Positions 8,128-18,031 of a stretch of DNA of 64,000 nucleotides are shown here, one piece after another. Under the pieces are notes generated by a model. It made no database searches and was not told the DNA's origin. It worked only from the letters and a program-made list of their open reading frames with translations. Source of the stretch: Thermoleophilaceae bacterium. Lineage in GTDB: Bacteria > Actinomycetota > Thermoleophilia > Solirubrobacterales > Thermoleophilaceae. The stretch is from the NCBI GenBank assembly GCA_035553855.1, contig DATMJO010000163.1:1403-65402 (forward strand), in the 5' to 3' direction. The position numbers and the translations under genes were made by a program. How positions within the stretch are numbered: the first letter of the stretch is position 1; each line of letters opens with the position of its first letter.

Positions 8128-8994
8128 GTGCCCGGAGTGAGCGATGTCGCGATCGAGGTCTCGGGCCTCACCAAGAGCTACGGCGCGGTCGAGGCCGTGC
8201 GCGGGATCTCGTTCGCCGTGGGGCGCGGCGAGGTCTTCGGCCTGCTCGGCCCCAACGGCGCGGGCAAGACCACGACGGTGGAGATCCTCGAGGGCTACCG
8301 CGAGCGCACCGGCGGCGATGTGCGCGTCCTGGGCTTCGACCCCGAGCGGCGCGACCCGCGGCTCCAGGAGCGGGTCGGAATCGTGCTCCAGAGCGCCGGG
8401 TTCTATCCGCGGGCGACCGTGCGGGAGGCCGTCACGCACTTCGCCGGCGTGTACCCGCGCCCGCGCGGCGCCGAGGAGACGATCTCGCTGGTGGGCCTCG
8501 AGGAGAAGGCGGGCGCGCGCGTGAGCGATCTGTCGGGGGGCCAGCGGCGCCGCCTCGACTTGGCGCTCGCGCTGGTCGGTGATCCCGAGCTGGTCTTCCT
8601 GGACGAGCCGACCACCGGATTCGACCCGGCGGCGCGGCGGACCGCCTGGGGCGTGGTGCGCAAGCTCCGCGACCTCGGCAAGACGGTGCTCCTTACGACC
8701 CACTACCTCGACGAGGCCCAGGCGCTGTCCGACCGCGTCGCGATCGTCAAGGACGGCGTGATCGTGGCCGAGGGCCGCCCCGACGAGCTGTCCGCCACCC
8801 CCGGCCGCTACCGCGTGAGCTACGAGTCCGCCGGGCGCCGCGTGGAGCTCGAGACCGACGACCCGACGGACCTGCTCCACCGCCTCACGGGCGACGCGCT
8901 CGCCCGCGGTGAGCAGCTCCGGGGCCTGACGGTCAGCCGCCCCACCCTCGAGGAGGTCTACCTCGAGCTGACCGAGGAGGACGAGCGGACATGA
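8128..8994 (+). CDS. ABC transporter ATP-binding protein (ABC-2/DrrA-like)
   Basis: Walker A is GPNGAGKTT, the signature is LSGGQRRRL and Walker B is LVFLDEPTTGFD. Confidence 0.92.
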   Translation: MPGVSDVAIEVSGLTKSYGAVEAVRGISFAVGRGEVFGLLGPNGAGKTTTVEILEGYRERTGGDVRVLGFDPERRDPRLQERVGIVLQSAGFYPRATVREAVTHFAGVYPRPRGAEETISLVGLEEKAGARVSDLSGGQRRRLDLALALVGDPELVFLDEPTTGFDPAARRTAWGVVRKLRDLGKTVLLTTHYLDEAQALSDRVAIVKDGVIVAEGRPDELSATPGRYRVSYESAGRRVELETDDPTDLLHRLTGDALARGEQLRGLTVSRPTLEEVYLELTEEDERT

Positions 8995-9725
8995 CGACCG
9001 CCGGCCTCCTCTGGCGCCAGTTCCGCTTCGAGCGCCGCCTGTTCTGGCGCAACCCGAGCGCGGCCTTCTTCAACTTCCTGCTGCCGTTGATCCTTCTGCT
9101 GCTCGTCGCGAGCGCGTTCGCGGGCGACGCGGACGAGCTGGAGGTCCTGATCCCCGGGATCGCCGGGATGGGCGTGATGGCCACCACCTTCACCGCGCTC
9201 GCCTTCAACCTCACCTACCTGCGCGAGCAGGGCGTCCTGAAGCGGATGCGCGGGACCCCCCTCCCCGCTCCCGCCTATCTCGGCGGCCTGCTGGCGAACG
9301 CCGCCGTGAACGCGGTCGTCCAGGTGGCGCTCGTGGTGGCGATCGGCAACCTCCTCTACGACGTGCCCTGGCCGAAAGAGCTGCTCTCGCTTGCGGTGTT
9401 CACCGCGCTGGGCGTCGTCTGCTTCGGCTCGCTCGGCGTCGCCTTCTCCCACGCGATCCCGAACTTCGACTCGGCGCCCGCGTACGTCAACGCGGTCTTC
9501 CTGCCCGTGATCTTCATCTCCGGCGTCTTCTACTCGGCCGACTCGCTTCCCCCCGTGCTGGACGCGGCCGCGCAGGCGCTCCCGCTGAAGCACCTTGTCG
9601 ACGGGCTCTCCGGAGCGATCGTCGACGGCACCGGGCTGGTCGACAACGCGGCGGCGCTCGCCGCGGTCGGCGCCTGGGCGGCGGCGGGCATGCTGCTCGC
9701 CGTGCGCTACTTCCGCTGGGAGTAG
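8991..9725 (+). CDS. ABC-2 type transporter permease
   Basis: An ATGA overlap joins it to the ATPase. It has 6 hydrophobic segments and ABC-2 topology. Confidence 0.88.
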   Translation: MTTAGLLWRQFRFERRLFWRNPSAAFFNFLLPLILLLLVASAFAGDADELEVLIPGIAGMGVMATTFTALAFNLTYLREQGVLKRMRGTPLPAPAYLGGLLANAAVNAVVQVALVVAIGNLLYDVPWPKELLSLAVFTALGVVCFGSLGVAFSHAIPNFDSAPAYVNAVFLPVIFISGVFYSADSLPPVLDAAAQALPLKHLVDGLSGAIVDGTGLVDNAAALAAVGAWAAAGMLLAVRYFRWE

Positions 9726-10306
9726 AACGCCCCCGGGGCCTCGCCCTCGAAGGAGATCTCGACCTCGGCCAGGCCCGAGGCCTCCCACTCGTCGCGCAGC
9801 AGCCCCAGGATCACGCAGTCGCGCGGCTCGCCGCGATGGAGCTGCCAGCGGCGCAGGCAGCCCTCGCGGAGGAAGCCGATCCGCTCGAGCGCGGCCAGGC
9901 TCCGCTCGTTGTCGGGGCTCGCGAGCGCCGTGACGCGCTCGAGGCCCAGCTCGCGGAAGGCGAGCGCCAGCACGAGCGCCTTCGACTCGCGGTTCGCGCC
10001 GGTACCCCAGTGAGCGCGCCCGAGCCAGGTGCCGACCGTCGCCCGGCGGTCGCGTGAGGAGAAGTCCGCGAGGCCCGTCACGCCGATCGGCCGGTCGTCC
10101 GCGCCCGCGATCAGGAACTCGAGCCGCTCGCCGCGCTCGCGCTGATGGGCGAGCGAGTCGATGTAGCCGAGCGGCTCGCCTATCTCGCGGTAGGGCCCCC
10201 ACGAGAACCAGCGCGTGACCTCCGGGTCGGAGCCCAGCTCGAGCAGGGCCTCGGCGTCGGGCTCACGTGCGAGTCGCAGCGAGAGCGTAGGGCCGCGCAC
10301 CACCAT
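9707..10306 (-). CDS. GNAT N-acetyltransferase (RimJ/RimL-like)
   Basis: The internal ATG at 10306 gives MVVRGPTLSLRLAREPDAEALLEL, a typical GNAT fold. The start overlaps the upstream stop (TGATG). Confidence 0.85.
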   Translation of the reverse strand: MVVRGPTLSLRLAREPDAEALLELGSDPEVTRWFSWGPYREIGEPLGYIDSLAHQRERGERLEFLIAGADDRPIGVTGLADFSSRDRRATVGTWLGRAHWGTGANRESKALVLALAFRELGLERVTALASPDNERSLAALERIGFLREGCLRRWQLHRGEPRDCVILGLLRDEWEASGLAEVEISFEGEAPGAFYSQRK

Positions 10307-10989
10307 CAGAGCCGAAGCGACGGGCCGTGGTCGCGCAGCCAGCGCTCGCGCTCGCGGTAGGCAGGGCAGCGCGCCGCCACGAGCGCCCAGAAGCGCGCCG
10401 AGTGGTCGAGCACCTCGAGGTGGGCCACCTCGTGCTCGACCACGTAGTCGAGGATCTCGGGGGGCGCGAGCAACAGGCGGTGGTTGAAGTTCATCGCGCC
10501 CGCCTGCGAGCAGCTGGCCCAGCGCGTGCGCTGTCCTCGGATCGAGAGGCGCGTGTACGACGTTCCGGCGCGGGCGCACGCGGCATCGAGGCGGGAGGCC
10601 ACCTCGGCGCGCGCGCGGCGCCGGTACCAGCGCTCCAGCGCGTCGCGCACCGCCTCCTCCCCCGGCGCGCCGGCGAAGACGTGGAGGCTCTCGCCGGAGC
10701 GGCGCACATGCGGTCGCGTCCGGCCCGGCTCGACCCGGACGACGAGGGCCAGCCGCTCACCGAGATAGGGCGCCCAGCCGCCGTCGCGCAGTTCCGGGCG
10801 CTCGCCGCGGGCCTCCTCCATGCGCCGCAGGGTGCGCTCGATCCAGGGCCGCTTCTCGCGGACGAAGGGCTCGACCTGCCGCAGCGCCATCCGCTTCGGG
10901 ACGACGACCTCGACGCCGTCGGCGTCGACCACGATCCGGGCGCGTCGCGCCCGGTCGGAGCGGCGGATGCGGTAGGCCAGGTCGTCCAC
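10306..10989 (-). CDS. YgjP-like (DUF45/M48-type) metal-dependent hydrolase
   Basis: The HEXXH motif is VVEHEVAHLEVLDHS, with WASCS nearby. The start is taken at the GTG of VDDLAYRIRRS. Confidence 0.8.
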   Translation of the reverse strand: MDDLAYRIRRSDRARRARIVVDADGVEVVVPKRMALRQVEPFVREKRPWIERTLRRMEEARGERPELRDGGWAPYLGERLALVVRVEPGRTRPHVRRSGESLHVFAGAPGEEAVRDALERWYRRRARAEVASRLDAACARAGTSYTRLSIRGQRTRWASCSQAGAMNFNHRLLLAPPEILDYVVEHEVAHLEVLDHSARFWALVAARCPAYRERERWLRDHGPSLRL

Positions 10990-11024
10990 GGCCGGGACGA
11001 TAGGGACGCGGGCGGCGGGCCCGC

Positions 11025-11810
11025 TCAGATGATCTGCGCCACCGCGCCGCCGTCGACCGACCAGGCGGCGCCCGCCACGTTCGAGGCGAGCTCCGAGCAG
11101 AGGAAGCAGATCACCGCCGCGGCCTCCTCCTCGGTCCCCATCCGCCCGAGCGGGATCTTCGCGGCGGCGTCCGCGATCGCCTCGTCCGCCGTCGTGCCCT
11201 GCCGCTCGGCGATCTGGTCGGCCAGGCCGCCCTCCCGACGCCAGAGGGACCCGTCGAGGGGACCCGGCGCCACGGCGTTGACTAGCACGCCCCTCGCCGC
11301 CCAGGCGTCCGCGAAGGTGCGCGAGAGGGAGAGCTGCGCCGCCTTCGAGACCGAGTAGTCGGCGTAGCGCTGGGACGGCCGCTTGCCCGAGGCGCTCGTC
11401 ACGTTCACGATCCGTCCACGCCCGCGCTCGGCCATGCGCGGGGCGGCGGCCCGCATCAGGCGCATCGGGGCCATCACGTGGATCTCCCACTGGGCGTACC
11501 AGTCGGCGTCCGCCAGCTCGTCGATGGATCGGATCGTCGCGGTGCCGGCGTTGTTCACCAGCACGTCGATCCCGCCGAAGCGCCGCTCGCATTCCGCGAC
11601 GACGCGCTCCCCGGCGTCGGGCACGGTCACGTCGAGCGAGAGCCACTCGGCGCCGTCGCAGGAGGCGGCGGCCTCCGCGAGGCGCTGCTCGTCGCGCGCC
11701 ACCAGCAGCACCCTCGCCCCCTCGGCCGCGAGGGCGCGCGCGGTGGCGAGGCCGATGCCCCGGCTCGCCCCCGTCACGACGCACGCGCTTTGCTTCAGGC
11801 CGAGATCCAC
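11025..11810 (-). CDS. SDR-family oxidoreductase
   Basis: [11 protein letters not shown] (TGxxxGxG), NNAG and YSVSKAA (YxxxK) are present. The start is taken at the GTG of [10 protein letters not shown]. Confidence 0.88.
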   Translation of the reverse strand: MDLGLKQSACVVTGASRGIGLATARALAAEGARVLLVARDEQRLAEAAASCDGAEWLSLDVTVPDAGERVVAECERRFGGIDVLVNNAGTATIRSIDELADADWYAQWEIHVMAPMRLMRAAAPRMAERGRGRIVNVTSASGKRPSQRYADYSVSKAAQLSLSRTFADAWAARGVLVNAVAPGPLDGSLWRREGGLADQIAERQGTTADEAIADAAAKIPLGRMGTEEEAAAVICFLCSELASNVAGAAWSVDGGAVAQII

Positions 11811-11828
11811 GGCGAAGGAGTCTTCCGC

Positions 11829-12290
11829 ATGAAGTCGCACACCGTCTACAGGACCTTCGAGACCCGCGAACGGCGCGAGTTCGTCCGCATCACAGACGAC
11901 GTCCAGCGGGCCGTCGACGAGGCGGGGATCGCCGAGGGCATGGCACTCGTCTCGGCGATGCACATCACCGCCGGCGTCTGGATCAACGACGACGAGCCGG
12001 GCATCCAGGCCGACGCGCTCGAGTGGCTCGACAAGCTCGCGCCGCCCTCCTGGAAGGAGCCCGCCAACGACGTCGCGCGCGGCCTCTCCCCTGATCCGGG
12101 CGACTACCGCCACCATCGCGGCGGCGAGGACAACGGCGACGCCCACCTGAAGAACCTGCTGGTCCACCATCAGGTCGTGGTGCCGGTCACGGACGGCCGC
12201 CTCGACCTGGGGCCCTGGCAGGCGATCTTCTACACGGAGTTCGACGGCGGCCGGCCGAAGCGGCTCGTGATCAAAGTGCTCGGCGGGTAG
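11829..12290 (+). CDS. YjbQ/UPF0047-family (secondary thiamine-phosphate synthase) protein
   Basis: [31 protein letters not shown] and GDAHLKNLL are hallmarks of the UPF0047 family. Confidence 0.88.
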   Translation: MKSHTVYRTFETRERREFVRITDDVQRAVDEAGIAEGMALVSAMHITAGVWINDDEPGIQADALEWLDKLAPPSWKEPANDVARGLSPDPGDYRHHRGGEDNGDAHLKNLLVHHQVVVPVTDGRLDLGPWQAIFYTEFDGGRPKRLVIKVLGG

Positions 12291-12293
12291 CGC

Positions 12294-12863
12294 TCAGCGG
12301 GGGTCGCGCCACATGGGCCACACGCACGGTCCGCCGGGCATCTCGACCTCGCCGATGACGCGGAAGCCGAAGCGCGCGTAGTAGTCGATGTTGCGCTCCT
12401 TCGACGACTCCAGGTAGGCGCCGATCTCGTCCTCGTCGCAGATCTCGAGCACCGGCTCGAGCAGCGCCGACCCGATCCCCTCCCCCTGCCGCGAAGGCTC
12501 CGTGCCCAGCACGGCCAGGTAATAGTGCGGCGGATCGGGGTGAGCGTTCTCGACGCGCTCGAGCCCCTCCATGACCGCGGGCAGGCGACGCCCGAAAGCG
12601 AACAGGAAGCGCACGGCGAGCGCGACCGTCTCCAGCGGCCCGAGGCGCCAGCGCCCGGGCTCGGCCCAGAGCGCCGCTCCCGCCAGGTCATCGGTCGTCC
12701 AGACCTCGTCCTGGCGCACCAGCCCTCTGGCCCGTGACGAGAAGAAGCCGCGCATGCGCGGAGCATCCGGGAACAGCCAGCGCATCACGGGGTCGTCCTC
12801 GAACGCCCGGGTGAGCATCGCCGCGATCGGGTCGACCTCAGCCCTCGTCGCGCGCCTGACCAT
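12294..12863 (-). CDS. GNAT N-acetyltransferase
   Basis: [25 protein letters not shown] and [11 protein letters not shown] (acetyl-CoA loop) are present. The start is taken at an internal ATG. Confidence 0.8.
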   Translation of the reverse strand: MVRRATRAEVDPIAAMLTRAFEDDPVMRWLFPDAPRMRGFFSSRARGLVRQDEVWTTDDLAGAALWAEPGRWRLGPLETVALAVRFLFAFGRRLPAVMEGLERVENAHPDPPHYYLAVLGTEPSRQGEGIGSALLEPVLEICDEDEIGAYLESSKERNIDYYARFGFRVIGEVEMPGGPCVWPMWRDPR

Positions 12864-13794
12864 GTGCCTTTGGGTTGACACAGTGGGGCATCGGGTCTCC
12901 GCGAAGCCCGCTGAGCAGGTTGTCGACGGCGCGCTCGGCCATCGCCGCGCGGGCTCCGTGGGAGGCGCTCGCCACATGCGGAGCGACCACCAGCCCGGGC
13001 GCCTCGAGCAGCGGGTGGGACGCCGGCAGCGGCTCGGGGTCGGTCACGTCGAGCGCGGCGCCCGCGATCCAGCCGCCGCGCAGCGCGCGCCCGAGGGCCG
13101 CCGGATCGACCACGGGACCTCGCGCCGTGTTCACGAGGATCGCGGTGGGGCGCATCGCGCGCAACTCCGCCTCACCGATGAGCCCGCGCGTCTCTGGGGT
13201 GAGCGGGACGTGGAGCGAGACGAAGTCCGAGCGACCGCACAGCTCCGCGAGCGGCACCCCGCCCTCGCGGCCGGTGTGGATCACCTTCATCCCGAAGCCC
13301 TCCGCCCGGCGCGCCACCGCGCTGCCGATGCGGCCCATGCCGACGATCCCGAGCGTCGCTCCGTGGACGTCGTGGCCGAGGAGCAGGCCGGGCTCCCAGG
13401 TCATCCAGGCGCCGCGGCGGACGTGCGCGTCGGCCTCCACGACCCGCCGCGCGGCGGCGAGCATCAGCGCGAAGGCGAAGTCGGCCGTCGTCTCGGTCAG
13501 GACGTCGGGGGTGTGGCCGACCGGGATGCCGCGCGCGCTGGCCGCCGCGATGTCCACGTTGTCCCAGCCGACGGCGTAGTTGGAGATCGCCACGAGCCGG
13601 GGGCAGGCCTCGATCAGGTCGCGGTCGATGCGATCCGTGAGCATCGAGAGAAGCCCGTCGGCCTCCGCCGCCCGCGCCAGCAGCTGGCTGCGCTTCGGCA
13701 TCAGGCGCCCGGGCCAGACGTCCACCTCGTGCTCGGCCGCCAGCCGCTCCAGCGCCGGGCCGGGGATCGAGCGCGTTACGAAACAGCGGGCCAC
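12838..13794 (-). CDS. D-isomer-specific 2-hydroxyacid dehydrogenase (glyoxylate/hydroxypyruvate reductase-like)
   Basis: [16 protein letters not shown] (NAD site), ILVNTARG and ALDVTDPEP are present. Confidence 0.9.
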   Translation of the reverse strand: MARCFVTRSIPGPALERLAAEHEVDVWPGRLMPKRSQLLARAAEADGLLSMLTDRIDRDLIEACPRLVAISNYAVGWDNVDIAAASARGIPVGHTPDVLTETTADFAFALMLAAARRVVEADAHVRRGAWMTWEPGLLLGHDVHGATLGIVGMGRIGSAVARRAEGFGMKVIHTGREGGVPLAELCGRSDFVSLHVPLTPETRGLIGEAELRAMRPTAILVNTARGPVVDPAALGRALRGGWIAGAALDVTDPEPLPASHPLLEAPGLVVAPHVASASHGARAAMAERAVDNLLSGLRGDPMPHCVNPKAHGQARDEG

Positions 13795-13819
13795 GGGGCG
13801 CGGAGACTATCCTCGGCCC

Positions 13820-14362
13820 GTGAGCCAGCTTGCCGTGATGGCGGTGGGGGTCGACCGCCCGGGCATCGTCGCGGCGGTCACCGAGGTGCTGCTCGATCAC
13901 GGGCTCAACATCGAGGACTCGCAGATGACGATCCTCCGTGGCCACTTCACCACGATGCTCGTCGTATCCGGCCCGCCCGCGGTGGACCCGGCCGCGCTCT
14001 CCGACGCTCTGCGGGAAGCGGGCAAGCGGGTCGGGCTCGAGTCGATCGACGTTCGCGAGCTGTCGGAGCTCGATCCCGCCCAGCCGGAGGCCACCCATGT
14101 GGTGACCGTCCACGGCGTCGACCACCCCGGGATCGTCCACGCAGTCGCCTCCGCGCTCGGCGATCGCGGCGTGAACATCACCGACCTGAACACCCGCCTT
14201 CTTCCCGGCGACGACGAGGGCGGCCCGCTGTACGTGATGATGCTCGAGGTCGCCGTTCCCGAGGCGATGGTCCCGGACGCGCTCGAGACCGCGCTCGAGA
14301 TGGTGGGCGAGACCCAGGGCGTCGAGGTCACGATCCGGCCGCTGGAGCAGGACGCGCTCTAG
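13820..14362 (+). CDS. tandem ACT-domain protein (GcvR-like)
   Basis: Two ACT-like repeats are visible: VGVDRPGIVAAVTEVLLDHGLNI and VHGVDHPGIVHAVASALGDRGVNI. Confidence 0.8.
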   Translation: MSQLAVMAVGVDRPGIVAAVTEVLLDHGLNIEDSQMTILRGHFTTMLVVSGPPAVDPAALSDALREAGKRVGLESIDVRELSELDPAQPEATHVVTVHGVDHPGIVHAVASALGDRGVNITDLNTRLLPGDDEGGPLYVMMLEVAVPEAMVPDALETALEMVGETQGVEVTIRPLEQDAL

Positions 14363-14435
14363 GTGGTCCGCCGCGTCCTGCGCTTCCCGCACTCCCGTGC
14401 TGAAGCGGGTGGCGCGGGATGCGGGACCGGATCGA

Positions 14436-15833
14436 TCACCTGGACGGGCTGCTGTTCCTCGACCGGGTCGACTCGCTCTCGGGCGAGGTCTTCCGCCGCA
14501 AGCGCGACCGCTGATCCTCGAGCACGGCCCGGGCGGCCAGGTATCCGGGCGCGCCGGTGACGGCGCCGCCGGGGTGAGCGCCGGAGCCCGCGAGGTAGAG
14601 CCCGTCGATCCCCCCGAAGCGGCGCGGGCCGTGGCGCTCCTCGAGCAGCTGGCCCGGAAGCATCTCGCCGTGGAAGATGTGGCCGCCCGTGATGCCGAAG
14701 CGCCGTTCGAGCTCTCGCGGTCCGAGCGCGAGCCGGTCCAGGATCCGATCGGGGAGCCCGGGGCACACCTCCGCGAAGCGCGCGATCGCCGCGTCGGCCG
14801 CGGCGTCGGCGTCTGCGTCCGCCGGGAAGCACTGGCAGAAGAGCGAGAGCACGTGGCGGCCGGGCGGCGCCAGCGTCGGGTCCGCCGCCGTCTGGCAGGC
14901 GGCCTCGATCCAGGGCCGTTCCGCGGGGCGGCCCGCGCGAGCATCGTGGGCGGCGCGGGACAGGTCGCCCATCGAGTAGCCGATGTCGATCGTGCCCTCC
15001 CATGGAGCGGGACCCGGCCACGCCGTGAAGTCGGGGAGCCCGTCGAGCAGCAGCATGACCTTCACCACGGGTCCGCGCTGACGCCAGCCGTTCCCGTTCC
15101 GCAGCCCGGCGAGTGACGCGGTGCGCACGGGGTCGGCATTGGAGAGCACCGCGCGCGCCCGGACCTCTGCCCCGCCCGCGACGACCACGCCGCACGCGGT
15201 TCCTTCCTCGACGAGCACCGACTCGACCGGGGAGTCGAGGCGCACGACGGCCCCGTTCGCCTCGGCGGCGGCCCTCAGGGATGCCGTGACCGACCCCATC
15301 CCTCCGCGTGCGTACCCCCAGGCGCCGGCCGGCCCTGCGGCCTCACCGAGGTCGTGGTAGAAGCCGACGAACGCGGTCCCGGGGTCCTCCGGCGCGGCCA
15401 GCGTCCCGATCAGGCCCTGCATCGCGAGCGGGACCCGCACCTGCTCGCTCGGGATCGCCGCGAGCTCGTCCGCGATCGCCCCCTCGAGGATCCCGGGCCC
15501 TACGGCATCGAGCCAGCGAGAGCGGTCGGCGGGCTCGAGCATGAGCGGCCGCGCGCGCTCCGCGGCGCGCGCCCAGCGCGTGGCGAAGGCCGCGTAGCCG
15601 TCCGCATCCTCACGGGACCAGTCGGCGGCGATCTGCTCGACCGTGCGCCTCCGGTCGGACCAGGTGACGACCTTGCGACCGTCCGGGAACGGGGCGAAGA
15701 GGTAGGGCTCGTGCACCTCGACCCTGAGGCCGTGGTCGGCCAGCCGCAGGTCGCGCATGATCTTTGCCCGCAAAAGCGACAGCGTGTACGCGCCGGGGGA
15801 GGCGCGGACCCCCGGCCACAGCTCCTCGGTCAC
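14436..15833 (-). CDS. phytoene-desaturase (CrtI)-family FAD-dependent oxidoreductase; the canonical-start model lacks its Rossmann motif
   Basis: The body and C-terminus are CrtI-like (GLYLAGSGAHPGGAVTGAPG). The dinucleotide motif DAVVIGAGHNGLVAAAYLA is encoded in frame at 15834-15950, upstream of the first ATG/GTG/TTG. Confidence 0.8.
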   Translation of the reverse strand: MTEELWPGVRASPGAYTLSLLRAKIMRDLRLADHGLRVEVHEPYLFAPFPDGRKVVTWSDRRRTVEQIAADWSREDADGYAAFATRWARAAERARPLMLEPADRSRWLDAVGPGILEGAIADELAAIPSEQVRVPLAMQGLIGTLAAPEDPGTAFVGFYHDLGEAAGPAGAWGYARGGMGSVTASLRAAAEANGAVVRLDSPVESVLVEEGTACGVVVAGGAEVRARAVLSNADPVRTASLAGLRNGNGWRQRGPVVKVMLLLDGLPDFTAWPGPAPWEGTIDIGYSMGDLSRAAHDARAGRPAERPWIEAACQTAADPTLAPPGRHVLSLFCQCFPADADADAAADAAIARFAEVCPGLPDRILDRLALGPRELERRFGITGGHIFHGEMLPGQLLEERHGPRRFGGIDGLYLAGSGAHPGGAVTGAPGYLAARAVLEDQRSRLRRKTSPESESTRSRNSSPSR

Positions 15834-16001
15834 GCAGGCGCCGCCCGCGATCTCCCTGCGCTCGTGGACCTCGACGGCGAGGCCGGCGCACGCGAGATAG
15901 GCAGCGGCGACGAGGCCGTTGTGCCCCGCTCCGATGACGACCGCGTCGAGGATGCCCGGATGATCCCGTATCGGCCGGTGACCTGGACGGTCCCGCGGCC
16001 G

Positions 16002-17051
16002 TCAGTCGCGGGCGCCGACTCCGCCGAGGATCTCGCTCACGCGCCCGGGGCCCTCGCCACCCGGCCTGAGTGGCGGCGTGTCGAGCCCAGCCCCCTCGCG
16101 GATCCCCTCCAGCAGCTCGAGCAGGGCGCTGCCCGCGTCGCGCGCCGGGCTCCAGCCGAGCTCGGCGCGAGCGCGCCCCGTATCCATCAGCGGGACCCCG
16201 AGCGCAAGATCGAGCCAGCCCTCCGGCGTCGGTGTCATGCGTAGGCGCCAGGCGGCGGCCGCGGCGCCACGCAACGCGGCCGCCGGAGTCCGGACCGGGC
16301 GCGCGCCGAGCAGGCGCCCGAGGACCTCGGGGTCGAGCACGGGATCCGCGGCGACGTTGAAGGCGCCGCGGACATCGCGGACCAGGGCGAGGCGGTATGC
16401 CTCTCCCACGTCGAGCGAATGCACGGCCTGGAAGCGGAGGCGCTCCACGTCGGGCACGAGCGGGATGAGACCCGGCCGGACGAGCTGTGACGGGAGGAAC
16501 GGCCCGGCGAAGAGGCGGCGGATCTCGCTCGCGGCCTCGCGCTTGAAGATCAATCCGGGCCGCAGTCGCACGCATCGCACGCGGGGGTGCTCGCGCTCGA
16601 AGCGGTCGAGGATCCGTTCCACCTCGGCCTTGTCGCGGCTGTAGAACGAGGTCTCGATGCCCTCCGTGGGCCAGCTCTCGTCCACGAAGCGGTCCTTCGG
16701 CCCCGGCGAGTAGGCGCCGACCGACGAGGCATGGACGAGAACGGGCACCGAGGCGGCGGCCACGGCCTCGAAGACGCGGCGGCTGCCGTCGACATTGGTC
16801 CGGCGTGTGACCTCGCGGTCACGCGAGGGCTGGATCAGCCAGGCCAGGTGCACGACCGCGTCCGCGTCCCTGAAGTGCGGCGCGAGATCGTCGCCGGCGA
16901 CATCGGCGAGCGCCCAGCCGACCTTCGGCAGCCTGATCTGCGGAAGCCGGCGGCAGACCCCGACGACCTGCTCCACCGCGGGCTCCAGGGCGAGCGCCGC
17001 GAGGACGCTCGTCCCCACGTTTCCCGAGGCCCCTGTGACGACCACCTTCAC
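16002..17051 (-). CDS. NAD-dependent epimerase/dehydratase family protein
   Basis: VKVVVTGASGNVGTS (GxxGxxG) and YSRDKAE (YxxxK) are present. The GTG start overlaps the upstream stop (GTGA). Confidence 0.85.
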   Translation of the reverse strand: MKVVVTGASGNVGTSVLAALALEPAVEQVVGVCRRLPQIRLPKVGWALADVAGDDLAPHFRDADAVVHLAWLIQPSRDREVTRRTNVDGSRRVFEAVAAASVPVLVHASSVGAYSPGPKDRFVDESWPTEGIETSFYSRDKAEVERILDRFEREHPRVRCVRLRPGLIFKREAASEIRRLFAGPFLPSQLVRPGLIPLVPDVERLRFQAVHSLDVGEAYRLALVRDVRGAFNVAADPVLDPEVLGRLLGARPVRTPAAALRGAAAAAWRLRMTPTPEGWLDLALGVPLMDTGRARAELGWSPARDAGSALLELLEGIREGAGLDTPPLRPGGEGPGRVSEILGGVGARD

Positions 17052-18031
17052 AGGGTGCCGGCGGCCTCGAGGCTGGGGACGCGAGGCAGGATCTCGCGCT
17101 CGTAGAAGCGCAGGAAGCCCTCCTGGTCGGGTCCGATCTGGTGGACGTAGACGTGGTCGAAGCCCGCGTCGGCGAAGCGCCGGATCATCTCGAGGTGGAC
17201 GCCCGGGTCGGGGCCGCACGCCACGACCTCCGCGAGCTGGTCCTCGGTGACGTCCTGGGTCGCCTGTTCGTAGTGCGCCGGCTGCGGCAGCACCTGACCG
17301 AGTTCGCCCGAGAGCGCGGCGTTCGGCCACCATTCGCGAGCCACGCGCCTGCCCTCGGCCTCGCTCTCGGCCCAGCACGCCATCACCTGGCCGTAGCGCG
17401 GCTTGCCCTCCCCGCCACAGGACGCGAACAGCTCCGGGAGCTCCGGGCTCGGGGAGACCCCGACGAAGGCGTCGCCGATCCGGCCCGCCAGCTTGGCCGC
17501 CTCCGGGCCGGACGCCGCCACGGCGATCGGAGGAGGCTCATCGGGAAGCGTGTAGATGCGCGCGTTCTCGATCGTGTAGTGGCGGCCGCGATGCGTGACG
17601 ACGCGCCCGCTCCAGAGCTCGCGAATCACCTCGACGGCCTCCTCGAGCATCTCCCGGCGGATCTCCGCGGGCGGCCAGGGATCGCCGAGGATGTGCTCGT
17701 TGAGGGCCTCCCCCGTTCCGACCCCCAGGAAGAAGCGCCCGGGCATCATCGCGGCCGAAGTCGCGGCCGCCTGAGCGATGATGGCGGGGTGGACCCGGAC
17801 CGTGGGACAGGTGACCCCTGTGCCCAGCCGGAGGCGCTCGGTCGCCTGAGCTATCCCGCCGATCACCGACCACACGAACGGGCTCTGGCCCTGGCGGTCG
17901 GTCCAGGGATGGAAGTGGTCGGAGATGAGGGCGTAGCCGAAGCCCGCCTCCTCGGCGAGCGCGGCGTTCCGGACCAGGTCGAGCGGGCGGTGCTCCTCGC
18001 TCGAGAGCGCGTAGCCGAGCTCGACGCTCAC
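17048..18031 (-). CDS. LLM-class F420-dependent oxidoreductase (G6PDH-family-like)
   Basis: ELGYALSSEEH, ISDHFHPWTDRQGQSPFVWSVIGGIAQAT and GTGEALNEH are present. A GTGA overlap joins it to the ku stop. Confidence 0.88.
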   Translation of the reverse strand: MSVELGYALSSEEHRPLDLVRNAALAEEAGFGYALISDHFHPWTDRQGQSPFVWSVIGGIAQATERLRLGTGVTCPTVRVHPAIIAQAAATSAAMMPGRFFLGVGTGEALNEHILGDPWPPAEIRREMLEEAVEVIRELWSGRVVTHRGRHYTIENARIYTLPDEPPPIAVAASGPEAAKLAGRIGDAFVGVSPSPELPELFASCGGEGKPRYGQVMACWAESEAEGRRVAREWWPNAALSGELGQVLPQPAHYEQATQDVTEDQLAEVVACGPDPGVHLEMIRRFADAGFDHVYVHQIGPDQEGFLRFYEREILPRVPSLEAAGTL

